From the NCBI GenBank assembly GCA_963819655.1, contig CAWFXA010000002.1, positions 608,001-672,000 on the forward strand: DNA of 64,000 nucleotides, written 5' to 3'. A program made the translations under genes and the position numbers. Positions within the stretch are counted from its first letter, which is position 1. Each line of letters opens with the position of its first letter. Positions 48,940 through 57,689 of the stretch are shown in pieces. The notes beneath the pieces are model-generated. The model saw nothing but the letters and a program-made list of their open reading frames with translations, had not been told where the DNA came from and ran no database searches. Source of the DNA: an uncultured Chloroflexia bacterium (GTDB lineage: Bacteria > Chloroflexota > Limnocylindria > Limnocylindrales > CSP1-4).

Positions 48940-49189
48940 CTCCGTTCCTCCCCGCTGTGACCCGTTCGAAGTGGACTTGGCTTCACAGCGGAACGGATGA
49001 CGAACTCGACGATGCCGCCTGGAGTAGTCCCAAGATGCGCGGCGTCAGGGGCACCCGCCGATGGATGGCACGCGCGTAAGACCTGCACCCCGGGAGGGGG
49101 CCCTCCGCTGCGAGTGCCTTGGGCGAATCTGGGGCCCACCGCGATCGACGTCATGACAGTCCGTCATTACCGAGGGTGTCAGGCGCTCC

Positions 49190-49375
49190 TCATCGTGGGT
49201 CAGGTCGTCGTACGTGAACGGGAACGGTCGCCTCGTCACGGGCGAGAGCGAGCTCGATCCGGAGGTGACCGTCGACGACGTTACCGGTCGAGCGGTCGAC
49301 TATGACCTCGGTGACCCACCCCTTTGGAAGCACCACCGCTGTCGGTCGAAGAAAGGCCGGACCGGAGGCGTTCAT
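49190..49375 (-). CDS. possible 61-aa ORF overlapping the att-like repeat
   Basis: GGAGG 7 nt before ATG; no recognisable family. Confidence 0.3.
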   Translation of the reverse strand: MNASGPAFLRPTAVVLPKGWVTEVIVDRSTGNVVDGHLRIELALARDEATVPVHVRRPDPR

Positions 49376-49381
49376 TCGATC
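49320..49381 (+). repeat. diverged copy of tRNA-Glu 3' end and downstream flank (att-like)
   Basis: 52/62 ungapped identities to 45160-45221 by manual count. Confidence 0.85.
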
Positions 49382-49456
49382 GCCTCCACCTGGCGGTCTC
49401 GGATGACCACCCGCTGGATCACCATCCGGCTGAGTTCGGTGGGACACGCCCTAAGT

Positions 49457-50389
49457 TCAAGGTGGTGAGGGACTTGGCCAGGGCGGATTCACATTGTTTG
49501 AAATGACGTATAGGTCGTAGAGCCGATCCCAGAGGGTGACGTACACCCGCGAGGGTGGAGCCGTGCCACGCGGCATAGCGAACCAGATCCCCGTGAGATC
49601 CAGCGGCTCCGCGAGGGCACAGAACCCGTAGATCCGGTCGTCCACGTCGGCGTCGACGATGTCCACCCAGGTCCGGCTAGCGCTGTCGTTGAGACCGCAC
49701 GGCTCGAGGTCCGGGGCTGCCGCGAACAACTCGGCCGGGTAGTCGAACCAGTTCGCGATGGTCAGTTCATATCGGGTGAACGGGTTCCCGAACGCGTCGT
49801 CGTAGTCCTCGGTACCCGCTGCGGCGAGCACCGGATCGGGGAGGGCGGGGTACTCCGGCTCGGGCACGGGCTCCGTATCGACCCCGAACCAGTCGAGCCA
49901 TAGCTCACCGTCGTGGTCGGCCGCCGCGACCCAACCAGTCGTGATCCCGTCCCGGAGGGTTGAGTCCACGAGACGCACTCGATACCACCAGTAGCCCGAC
50001 GCCGCGACGGGTCCCCCGAGGACCTCCAAAACCGTCCCGATCGCGAGCAGCGGCTGGTACTTCGCCGAGTCGGCGCTCACGCGCGGCTTGGACCGGACCC
50101 GAAGATCGTCGGAGACCGTAACCACGAGCGCCTCGGGCTGGAACGGGGGTCTCGGACCCATCGTCGGGGTTCGCGCCGGCGTGCCCGGGCTCGGCTCGAA
50201 GCCCGCCTGCGGCGAGCTGAGACCCGTTGGTGCAGCGAATGACGGTCCGGCGGAAGGTACGCCTGCGCTCACCGAGGGCAGCGGAGGCCACGGACTCACT
50301 CGACTCACCGAGGCCGCCGGGGACGGCGTAGGCGCGCCGCAGCCGGCGATGACGATGGCCACGAAGAGGATCGAGCCGAGTCGTCCCAC
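49457..50389 (-). CDS. putative lipoprotein with SH3b-like domain
   Basis: Lipobox IAGC; LRVRSKP...VLGGPV.ASGYWWYRV...GWVA. Confidence 0.7.
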   Translation of the reverse strand: MGRLGSILFVAIVIAGCGAPTPSPAASVSRVSPWPPLPSVSAGVPSAGPSFAAPTGLSSPQAGFEPSPGTPARTPTMGPRPPFQPEALVVTVSDDLRVRSKPRVSADSAKYQPLLAIGTVLEVLGGPVAASGYWWYRVRLVDSTLRDGITTGWVAAADHDGELWLDWFGVDTEPVPEPEYPALPDPVLAAAGTEDYDDAFGNPFTRYELTIANWFDYPAELFAAAPDLEPCGLNDSASRTWVDIVDADVDDRIYGFCALAEPLDLTGIWFAMPRGTAPPSRVYVTLWDRLYDLYVISNNVNPPWPSPSPP

Positions 50390-50488
50390 GTTTAGCTCCC
50401 CACAGGCTTGTCAGCACCGACAAGGTTGCGATGCAGCTCAGCCCCGACCCGGAGGATCGGAGCTGAGCGTCGCGAGGTTCGGCCGATG

Positions 50489-51097
50489 TCAGCCGTTGCT
50501 GTGCTCACTCCAGCTATACGAGGCCATGATGGCCCAGCCGAAGTCTCGGGTACCCATCGAGCCGAGATCGATGGCCCCGGTCCCAGGACGTTCCTTCCCG
50601 CGATAGCGAGAGTGCGAGTTGTACTCGCCGGGGATCTTGAAGGTTCCGGAGTTGCGGAACGTCGCGACGGAGCCTGTCCCTGTGACGTCCACGGTGACCC
50701 TCACGGTGTCGAATGCGACGTCGTACGACTCCGCGCACTCGTCGACGCTCTCGATGGCGATCTCGAAGTCGCCGGCCGCGGAGCCCGCGCTGAGCTTCGT
50801 GTCGACACTGATCGTCAGGCCGTTCGCCCACCCAAAAACGCGCGTGCCCTGGAAGCCGTAGACACCATCCGGTCCGTCGCATGGGGTGTACTCGCCGGTT
50901 TCCTCGAAGATCTCGCCGTACGCCCCGGACGACTCGTCGAACAGATACACCGCCCCATATCCCGAGTCGCTGTACCACTCGCCTTGGATCGTCCGGCCGC
51001 TACCGCTGAGGTTGCTCGTGTTCGGCCCAGCGGCGACCGGCGCCGCCGTTGCCAGTGCGAGTGCACCGACCAACGGGATGATCATGAGTCTGCGCAT
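50489..51097 (-). CDS. secreted hypothetical protein
   Basis: Signal peptide MRRLMII...PVAA and a beta-rich body. Confidence 0.7.
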   Translation of the reverse strand: MRRLMIIPLVGALALATAAPVAAGPNTSNLSGSGRTIQGEWYSDSGYGAVYLFDESSGAYGEIFEETGEYTPCDGPDGVYGFQGTRVFGWANGLTISVDTKLSAGSAAGDFEIAIESVDECAESYDVAFDTVRVTVDVTGTGSVATFRNSGTFKIPGEYNSHSRYRGKERPGTGAIDLGSMGTRDFGWAIMASYSWSEHSNG

Positions 51098-51265
51098 CTC
51101 TGTTGCCCCTTCCGCTCCCCGATCGCGCCGACCGCATGGCCTGCTCGTCGGATGCTGGGATGACGCAGCTCGGGCGAGTCTGTGGCGCGATCACGCATGT
51201 CAGAGATTTGACAGTCGGCCACCTGCAACAAGTGGTGGGGTTCGGCGTCGGAAGTACTTCATGGC

Positions 51266-51279
51266 GGAACTCATGTTCG
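51266..51279. promoter_or_regulatory. SOS-box match in accessory intergenic region
   Basis: GGAACTCATGTTCG. Confidence 0.45.
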
Positions 51280-51383
51280 ATGGCCATCCGGCCGTAGCAG
51301 GCCGCACCGGCCTGGAGTTCCGCGACGCGCGTCGCTGACGCTGACCCGGTTCGGACCTGGGCACCACCACCGCGTGAGCCGGG

Positions 51384-52721
51384 TCAGGCCGCCGGGACCG
51401 GTAGCCCTGTGTCGCGGTCATCACGGGTGGGGACGGCGGCGTATCGAGCAGACAGCTTGCGGTAGCTCGTCGAGCGGAGAGCCAGCAGCGTGACGAGCAG
51501 GCCGATCGAGCCAGCCACGATGAAGATCAGCGCGATGCCCCGCTCAGGCCCGACACCGAACCACGCGCCGATGGCGGCTGCGCCAGCACCGTCGGTCATG
51601 AACGGGATCACCCAGAACTGAGCGATCGGCCCGATCATGAAGGCTGTGATCGGTGAGGCCGCTGTCTCCAGGGTCTGCGCGAATCCGAAGACGCGGCCCT
51701 GCTCGCCGAGCGGGACGACCTTCTGGATGACCGTCTGTTCCGACGCTTCCGCCACCGGGATCAGCGTCATGTACACGAAGAAGCCGATCGCGAGCGGCAA
51801 GATGGCCGAGACGATCGGAAAGGCGATCGTCACGCCCCAGAGCACGACGTTGACCAGGAGAAGGGTCCGGACCGGATTGACGCCCAGCCCACGCCGGGCC
51901 ACAGCGATGCCGCCGATGATGAACCCGAGACTGGACAAACCGAGGAGCACGCCATAGGCCTCGACCGACATGAGGGTCAGCCCGTACGGGTCGATGAGCG
52001 CCATGAACACGCCGCCAAGGAAGTTGTTGAAGGTGCTGAACAGCAGAAGCGCGAGCAGACCGGGAACGATCCGCACCGCTCGGATCGATCCCTTTACGTC
52101 GATGATGGTCGGGTCGCCCTCGCTGGGCTCGGGTGCGTCCTCGACTATGCGGATGGTGATGAGATGCGCTAACGCAACCGCGGTCAGCACGATCGCGATG
52201 ACGAGGCTGGCGCCCATGCCGAGCAGGCCGATGGCCAGGCCACTGAACACCGAGGTGATGGCGAATGCGACGCCGTTCACCGTGCCGACGAGCCCGTTGG
52301 CCCTATCGCGGCGGTCCTCGGGCACAAGGAGGGTCACCGTCGTCGCCAGCGCCACACTGCGCAGATTGCCCGCGATCGCGCCGGCGAGCACGAGCGTGGT
52401 GAATGCCCAGAACGCTGGGTGGCCGAGATCCTGCAGCGAGCCTGCAGGTGCCATCAGGTAGACGGCGCCGGCGAGCAGGAAAGCCGCCAATGTCAACGCG
52501 TTCGAGAGCAGCATCGAGGCCTTGCGTCGATGTCGGTCGACGAATGTCCCGAAGAACATCCCGGATACGGCGAGCAGCAGCATGTACCCGCCACCGATGA
52601 CCGCGCTGGCCACGACCGACCGTGTCTCCAGGTACACCCAGAACGTCAGGGCGAACCACAGGAAGTTGTTCGTGACGTTGGCGACGAGCGTGTTGGCGAC
52701 GAGCAGGCGGAAAGTCTTCAT
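51384..52721 (-). CDS. MFS transporter (DHA3-like)
   Basis: FGTFVDRHRRK; QGRVFGFAQ; 12 TM segments. Confidence 0.9.
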   Translation of the reverse strand: MKTFRLLVANTLVANVTNNFLWFALTFWVYLETRSVVASAVIGGGYMLLLAVSGMFFGTFVDRHRRKASMLLSNALTLAAFLLAGAVYLMAPAGSLQDLGHPAFWAFTTLVLAGAIAGNLRSVALATTVTLLVPEDRRDRANGLVGTVNGVAFAITSVFSGLAIGLLGMGASLVIAIVLTAVALAHLITIRIVEDAPEPSEGDPTIIDVKGSIRAVRIVPGLLALLLFSTFNNFLGGVFMALIDPYGLTLMSVEAYGVLLGLSSLGFIIGGIAVARRGLGVNPVRTLLLVNVVLWGVTIAFPIVSAILPLAIGFFVYMTLIPVAEASEQTVIQKVVPLGEQGRVFGFAQTLETAASPITAFMIGPIAQFWVIPFMTDGAGAAAIGAWFGVGPERGIALIFIVAGSIGLLVTLLALRSTSYRKLSARYAAVPTRDDRDTGLPVPAA

Positions 52722-52909
52722 AGTGGCGTGATCGTCAGCATATGCGGCCCGCGATGGCAGACGGTTGCGGCACACGCGGCGATCGCTTCGTTACAACGGT
52801 GATGCCCCATGATGCTCGCGGACTCGATCGTCAAAGCCGTCCGCGGCGAGCCCGTGGAGGATCAGGTAGACGATTCGGATCGCCGGGGGAAGCTGACGAG
52901 GAGGTCGGT

Positions 52910-53158
52910 ATGCCGAAGTTCATGGACGTCCACCACGGGATGCACGGTGTCACGCCGGAAGCTCTCAAGGCGGCGCATCAGGCAGATCTTGATATCCAGG
53001 CCGACGAAGGAGTGGACTTCCAGCGCGCATGGGGCGATCCAGACTCCGGCATGGTCTGGTGTGTGTCAGAGGCTCCGAACGCCGAAGCCGTGCGCAAGAT
53101 CCACGAGCGAGCGGGCCACCCGGCGACCGAGGTGTATCCCGTACCGGTCGAGGCCTGA
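52910..53158 (+). CDS. DUF4242 / SCO4226-like nickel-binding protein
   Basis: MPKFMDVH...AH.ADL.IQ..EGV.F...C.SEAP.AEAV..IHERAGH; GAGGAGG RBS. Confidence 0.88.
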   Translation: MPKFMDVHHGMHGVTPEALKAAHQADLDIQADEGVDFQRAWGDPDSGMVWCVSEAPNAEAVRKIHERAGHPATEVYPVPVEA

Positions 53159-53396
53159 CCGTACGTCGGCGAGGGTGTTGACCCGTCGCACCGGCACCTT
53201 CGGTACGTTTCGATAGCCCCGACGCTGACAGGTGCGTCGGGGCACGGATCGCCATCTTCGCGGCTGGTCCACCGCGCGGAACAGAACGCCGCGGATCGGG
53301 GCAGGATGGGTCCTCGCGTCCGGCGCCCAGCCACCGATGGCAGTCCTCCACGTCCTCCCCTGAGCCTGGCCAACGCCCCTGCTACCATCGCTCGCG

Positions 53397-53765
53397 ATGG
53401 AGATCATGGGCATCCAGCTCCGGACGATCATCAGCGATAACAACGCGAAGCGATGCGCCGGCTGCGACCAGGTGATCGAAGGCACGCCGTGGCGCGTCAA
53501 CTTGCTCGACATCGTCGCCGCGGAGACGCCCGTCGGCTGGGCCGAGCGACCGGTGATCAACCCCGGGCCGTTCCAATTCCACGGGGATCCGGTGTGCGTC
53601 CGCCGCTGGATGGCCGCCCGCGACTACCTGTTCTGTCGCAAGGGCGAGGTCCGCGAGATCATGCGACCGGTCCCGATCCCGGGCCCTGACGAGGCGCCCG
53701 ATGCAGGTCGATGGGGCTTGTGCGACGGCATCCATCGCGACGATCACGAGTTCGTGCCCGCCTGA
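53397..53765 (+). CDS. small Cys/His-containing hypothetical protein
   Basis: CAGC, H...C, C, CDG.H..DH; TACCAT 8 nt upstream. Confidence 0.7.
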   Translation: MEIMGIQLRTIISDNNAKRCAGCDQVIEGTPWRVNLLDIVAAETPVGWAERPVINPGPFQFHGDPVCVRRWMAARDYLFCRKGEVREIMRPVPIPGPDEAPDAGRWGLCDGIHRDDHEFVPA

Positions 53766-53778
53766 CCCGGTCCTTGGT

Positions 53779-53852
53779 TTGACACAAAGTTCGACGGAGG
53801 CATATCCTCCGCTCGCCCGGGCGATATCTGGTACCCAGATTTACCCAGGTTT
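53779..53852 (+). promoter_or_regulatory. sigma70-like promoter with downstream 10-bp direct repeats
   Basis: TTGACA-18-TATCCT; TACCCAGATT TACCCAGGTT at 53832-53851. Confidence 0.55.
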
Positions 53853-53935
53853 TCGTGCCGGCGGGCTAGCCAGCCGTTTCCCCCCACGGTCAGGCTGGCC
53901 CGTCGGCGCCCGTACACCCAGCCCAGCGAGGTCCG

Positions 53936-54604
53936 ATGGCCGACCCGACCACCTCCAGCATCCCGTCCGGGCGCTGGCTGTCTCTGGGGCCCGCCAGCCT
54001 GGTGCTCGGGGTCGACCCTGACACCTTGCGCCGATGGGCGGACGACGGTCGCATCCCGGCGTGGACGACGCCTGGCGGCCATCGTCGCTTCGACCGCGTC
54101 GCCCTAGAGAGGCTGACCAGCCAGCGGCGCGGCTCGGCCTTCCGCTCGCTGACGACGCTCGGCGCCACCCCTGCCCGCCTGACCCGCGCGTATCGCCGGC
54201 ACTACGCCAGTGCGCTCGGCGCATCGAGGCAGCCGGCCGGCGCACCGGGGGCCGATCCAGAGCGCGAGGCGTTCCGCCGCGACGGACGACGGCTCATCGG
54301 GGCGCTCATCGAATTCCTGGACGCCGATGCGGCCGACGCCGCGACACGCGACCGGCTAGAGGCTGACGCATGCGCGATCGTCGATGACCAGGCGACTCGC
54401 CTGGCCGACGGCGGCGGCAGTCTGACCGAAGCCGTGTCCGGGTTCGTCGCCGCGCGGGGTCCGTTCCTCGCGGAGTTGGCCGGCCTGGGCCACCGCCGCT
54501 CGCTCGATCCGGCCCGCCTCGCCGACCTGTACGGGGACGCCACGGCGCTACTTGATCGGCTTCTGTTGCGCTTCATCGAGACCCACCAGCGGATCGAGCG
54601 CTGA
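53936..54604 (+). CDS. BldC/excisionase-like HTH regulator with helical C-terminal domain
   Basis: WLSLG.AS..LGV.PDTLRRWAD.GRI....TPGGHRRF. Confidence 0.85.
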   Translation: MADPTTSSIPSGRWLSLGPASLVLGVDPDTLRRWADDGRIPAWTTPGGHRRFDRVALERLTSQRRGSAFRSLTTLGATPARLTRAYRRHYASALGASRQPAGAPGADPEREAFRRDGRRLIGALIEFLDADAADAATRDRLEADACAIVDDQATRLADGGGSLTEAVSGFVAARGPFLAELAGLGHRRSLDPARLADLYGDATALLDRLLLRFIETHQRIER

Positions 54605-54607
54605 TCG

Positions 54608-55696
54608 ATGCGCGTCGACGTCCTGCTCCCGGCGCTCACCGCGCTCCTCGCGATCGTCTTCAGCGCGGCCCTGTTCGACCAGTGGCGTGAGCGGCGGGGC
54701 GGCTTCCAGCTGATCTGGGGCATCGGCATGCTGTTCTACGGGATCGCAGCCGGCTGTGAGGCACTCGCCGGCCTCGGCGGCTGGAACGAGGCCCTGTACC
54801 GGACCTGGTATCTGACCGGCGCGGTGTGGACCGCTGGCTGGCTCGGTCTGGGTACCGCGTACCTGCTCGGTCGCACCCGGTTCGGCTACAGCGTGGCCCT
54901 GTGCCTGTTCCTGGCCGGGCTGTTCACGTTCCTCGTGCGCAACCGCCCGGAATACGCAGGGGCCGGGGCGCTGCCGCTCCTGTACTTCATCGCCGCAGGC
55001 GTCCTCGCACTCGCCGTGGCCGTCGAGACCTACTTCCAGAACGAGCGCTGGCCGTCGCTGGCCGCGGGTGCCGTGGTCGGGGCGACCGTCCTCAGCCTCG
55101 TGCTCATGGCGACGTCCACGATCGCGCCACCCGGGTACGCCGTCGACGCGGCGACGGGGATGCCCGTCGCGACACTGCTCCCGCCGCACCTCCGGCTGCT
55201 GACGCCGTTCCTCAACGTGACCGGGGCGTTCGTGCTGATCCTCGGGGCCGTCTTCAGCACGTACGTGTTCATGCCAAAGCACCGGGTGCTGCCCTACTCG
55301 CTCGATCCACGACAGCCGGGTGATCAGTTCCTCTTCAACCTGCTCATCGCGCCCGTGGCGATCGTTGTCAACCTCGTTGCGTCGCTGCCGGGGACGATCC
55401 GGGCGCTGGCCGCGGGCCGGATCCACAGCCGCGTGCCTGCGACCATCCTCATCGCGGTCGGGGCCTTCATCCCGACCCTCACGGACTCGCTGAATCGGTT
55501 CGGCTCGACCGACCTGTTCCAGCTCGGGAAGTTCCTCGGCGTCGTGTTCCTGTTCCTCGGCTTCCTTGTCTCGATCGAGGTATTCCGCGAGATCCGCATC
55601 CCGTTCACCGGGATTCGTCTCGCGAACCCGCGGCGCGAGCCGCCCGGCGCCGTCCGCGAGCCGCCCGGCGCCGTCCGCGAGCCGCGTACCGGATAG
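54608..55696 (+). CDS. integral membrane protein
   Basis: About 10 TM segments; WNEALYRTWYLTGA; REPPGAV repeats at C-terminus. Confidence 0.75.
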   Translation: MRVDVLLPALTALLAIVFSAALFDQWRERRGGFQLIWGIGMLFYGIAAGCEALAGLGGWNEALYRTWYLTGAVWTAGWLGLGTAYLLGRTRFGYSVALCLFLAGLFTFLVRNRPEYAGAGALPLLYFIAAGVLALAVAVETYFQNERWPSLAAGAVVGATVLSLVLMATSTIAPPGYAVDAATGMPVATLLPPHLRLLTPFLNVTGAFVLILGAVFSTYVFMPKHRVLPYSLDPRQPGDQFLFNLLIAPVAIVVNLVASLPGTIRALAAGRIHSRVPATILIAVGAFIPTLTDSLNRFGSTDLFQLGKFLGVVFLFLGFLVSIEVFREIRIPFTGIRLANPRREPPGAVREPPGAVREPRTG

Positions 55697-55789
55697 ATCG
55701 CACAGGTCGCCGGACCGCTCGCCGCGCGACGGGCCGCGCGGGTAGCCTGGCCCGCGGCGGATCATCGGCCCGGGCTCTACGATGCGCGG

Positions 55790-56818
55790 ATGCCCACCCC
55801 GGACGGAACCTCGAGCAGCGCCTCGACGGCCGCGGCGAGCGACCAGCCCGTGCCGCTCCGCGGGTTCGCGATCGTCATCGGCGCGGCGGCGCTGTTCGGT
55901 ATGCTCGGCCCGCTGTCGCGATTCGCGTACGACGCAGGGATGGAGCCGCCGGCCTTCGTCGCATGGCGGGCGATGATCGGATTCCTCGGTCTGGTCGCCT
56001 ACGTCGGGTGGCGCGTCTCCCGCGGCGCGACCCGCCTCGTCCGCCTGGGTGCGCTGCCGCTGCGGGCTCGCGTGTCGCTCCTCGCCGCCGCCGCCGCCGG
56101 GACGACCCTCAACCTGTGCATGTTCATCGCCTTCGATCGCATCACGATCGCCCTGGCGCTGCTCGGTTTCTACACGTATCCAGCGCTCGTGGCGGTTACC
56201 AACGTCGCGCTCGGTCGGGAGCGGCTGGACGGCAATCGGGTGCTGGCTCTCGCGCTGGCGATCGTCGGCATGGTCCTCGTCGTCGCGTCGCAACTCGATC
56301 CGGCGGCGGGGATCCGGCTCGACGTCATCGGCATCGCGCTGGCACTTGGCGCGGCCGTCAGCCAGACGATCTTCGTGATCCTCGCGCGCGACGGGTACCC
56401 GGAGGTCCCGACCGAGCAGGCGATGACGACCGTCCTGCTGGCGTCCGGGATAGGCGCCATCGCGGTCGCCCTTGTGGCGGGCGGCGTGGAGTCACTCGCC
56501 CAGCCGCTCGCCAACCCGAGCGTCCTGCCGCTCCTCGCCTTCACCGGGCTCGCTGCGGCAGCCATCCCGTCGTTGGGTTTTCTGACCGGCATCCGGCTGA
56601 TCGGAGGCACCCGCGCAGGCATCCTGATGCTGTTCGAGCCGGTCGTCGGGGTCGCGCTGGCAGCGTGGCTGCTGTCAGAGGCGCTGGCCCCCATCCAGAT
56701 CCTCGGGGCGATCGCGATCCTCGGTGCCGCGTTGCTGCTGCAGCGCCCGTCGCGACCCGCGGCAAGCGGGGCGGCCGAGGACGCCACGGGACCGGTCATC
56801 GTGCCGGGCGGCCCGTAG
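55790..56818 (+). CDS. EamA/DMT family transporter
   Basis: 10 TM segments; YTYPALV; FEPVVGVALA..LL.E. Confidence 0.9.
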   Translation: MPTPDGTSSSASTAAASDQPVPLRGFAIVIGAAALFGMLGPLSRFAYDAGMEPPAFVAWRAMIGFLGLVAYVGWRVSRGATRLVRLGALPLRARVSLLAAAAAGTTLNLCMFIAFDRITIALALLGFYTYPALVAVTNVALGRERLDGNRVLALALAIVGMVLVVASQLDPAAGIRLDVIGIALALGAAVSQTIFVILARDGYPEVPTEQAMTTVLLASGIGAIAVALVAGGVESLAQPLANPSVLPLLAFTGLAAAAIPSLGFLTGIRLIGGTRAGILMLFEPVVGVALAAWLLSEALAPIQILGAIAILGAALLLQRPSRPAASGAAEDATGPVIVPGGP

Positions 56819-56867
56819 CGCAAACGGAGCACCACGTCATGCCCGACGGCACTGGCCAGCCGCACGC

Positions 56868-57635
56868 ATGACCGCGGACGTCTCGCCCGGCTCGTACGAC
56901 GTCGCGGGACCCGCGACGGCGCCGGCGATCGTCTTCGTCCACGGCACGCGCCTGACCCGGTCGTCCTGGACACCCCAGCTGGAGGCCTTGCGCGACTCAT
57001 TTCGGGTCGTCGCGATGGATCTGCCCGGTCACGGGGCGCTGGCGGACCGGCCATTCTCGATGGCCGCTGCCTCCCAGGAGCTGGCGCGGGTCATCGAATC
57101 CGCGGCCGGCGGCAACGCGATCGTCGTCGGGCTGTCGCTGGGCGGCTACGTCGGGATGGATCTCGCCGCGTCTCGTCCGGACCTCGTCCGCGGGTTGGTC
57201 CTCTCGGGGGCGACCCAGGAGCCGGTCGGCCTTCGGTCGACCCCGTATCTCGCCCTCGCGTGGGTCATGGACCGGCTCGACGGGCGGGCCCTCGGCGCTC
57301 TCAATCGGTGGTTCTTCCGGACCCGCTACCCGCCGGCTATCGCCGACCCGATCGTGGCCGGGGGCTTCTTCGGGGCCGGTGGCGCAGCCGCCCTGCGCGC
57401 CCTGATCGGCGAACGATTCGCGCCGCGCCTGGCCGCCTACGACGGGCCGGTGCTCATCCTCAACGGCGAGCTCGACCCCCTGTTTCGGGTCGGTGCCAAC
57501 GGGTTCGCTCGTGACGCCCGGAACGTGCGCCGGGTGCGCCTCGGTGGTGCCACGCACCTTGCCAATCTGGACCGCCCGGAGGCGTTCAGCATCGCCGTCC
57601 GACGCTTCGCCGAGGAGCTCCAGGACCGGCCCTGA
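56868..57635 (+). CDS. alpha/beta hydrolase
   Basis: VFVHG, DLPGHG, GLSLGG, GELD, ATH. Confidence 0.9.
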   Translation: MTADVSPGSYDVAGPATAPAIVFVHGTRLTRSSWTPQLEALRDSFRVVAMDLPGHGALADRPFSMAAASQELARVIESAAGGNAIVVGLSLGGYVGMDLAASRPDLVRGLVLSGATQEPVGLRSTPYLALAWVMDRLDGRALGALNRWFFRTRYPPAIADPIVAGGFFGAGGAAALRALIGERFAPRLAAYDGPVLILNGELDPLFRVGANGFARDARNVRRVRLGGATHLANLDRPEAFSIAVRRFAEELQDRP

Positions 57636-57689
57636 ACGGGCCCGGTGCTAGACTTGGCCGACCCACCCAACCCTTGGCGAAGAGGTTCG

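Larger units (their letters stand above)
45176..49335. mobile_element. candidate integrase-less genomic islet at tRNA-Glu 3' end
   Basis: Flanked by diverged direct repeats 45160-45221 and 49320-49381. Confidence 0.55.

Noticed and set aside
46340-50480. Intergenic hairpins in the accessory tract as integron attC sites
   Set aside because: No RYYYAAC/GTTRRRY ends, no shared sequence between hairpins, no intI; they are more simply terminator-like stems
53936-54604. Excisionase marking a prophage or ICE
   Set aside because: 222-aa protein with an extra domain, operonic with membrane genes; no integrase or phage genes nearby
55634-55685. 21-bp repeat encoding REPPGAV
   Set aside because: In-frame local duplication in a protein tail with no sign of function
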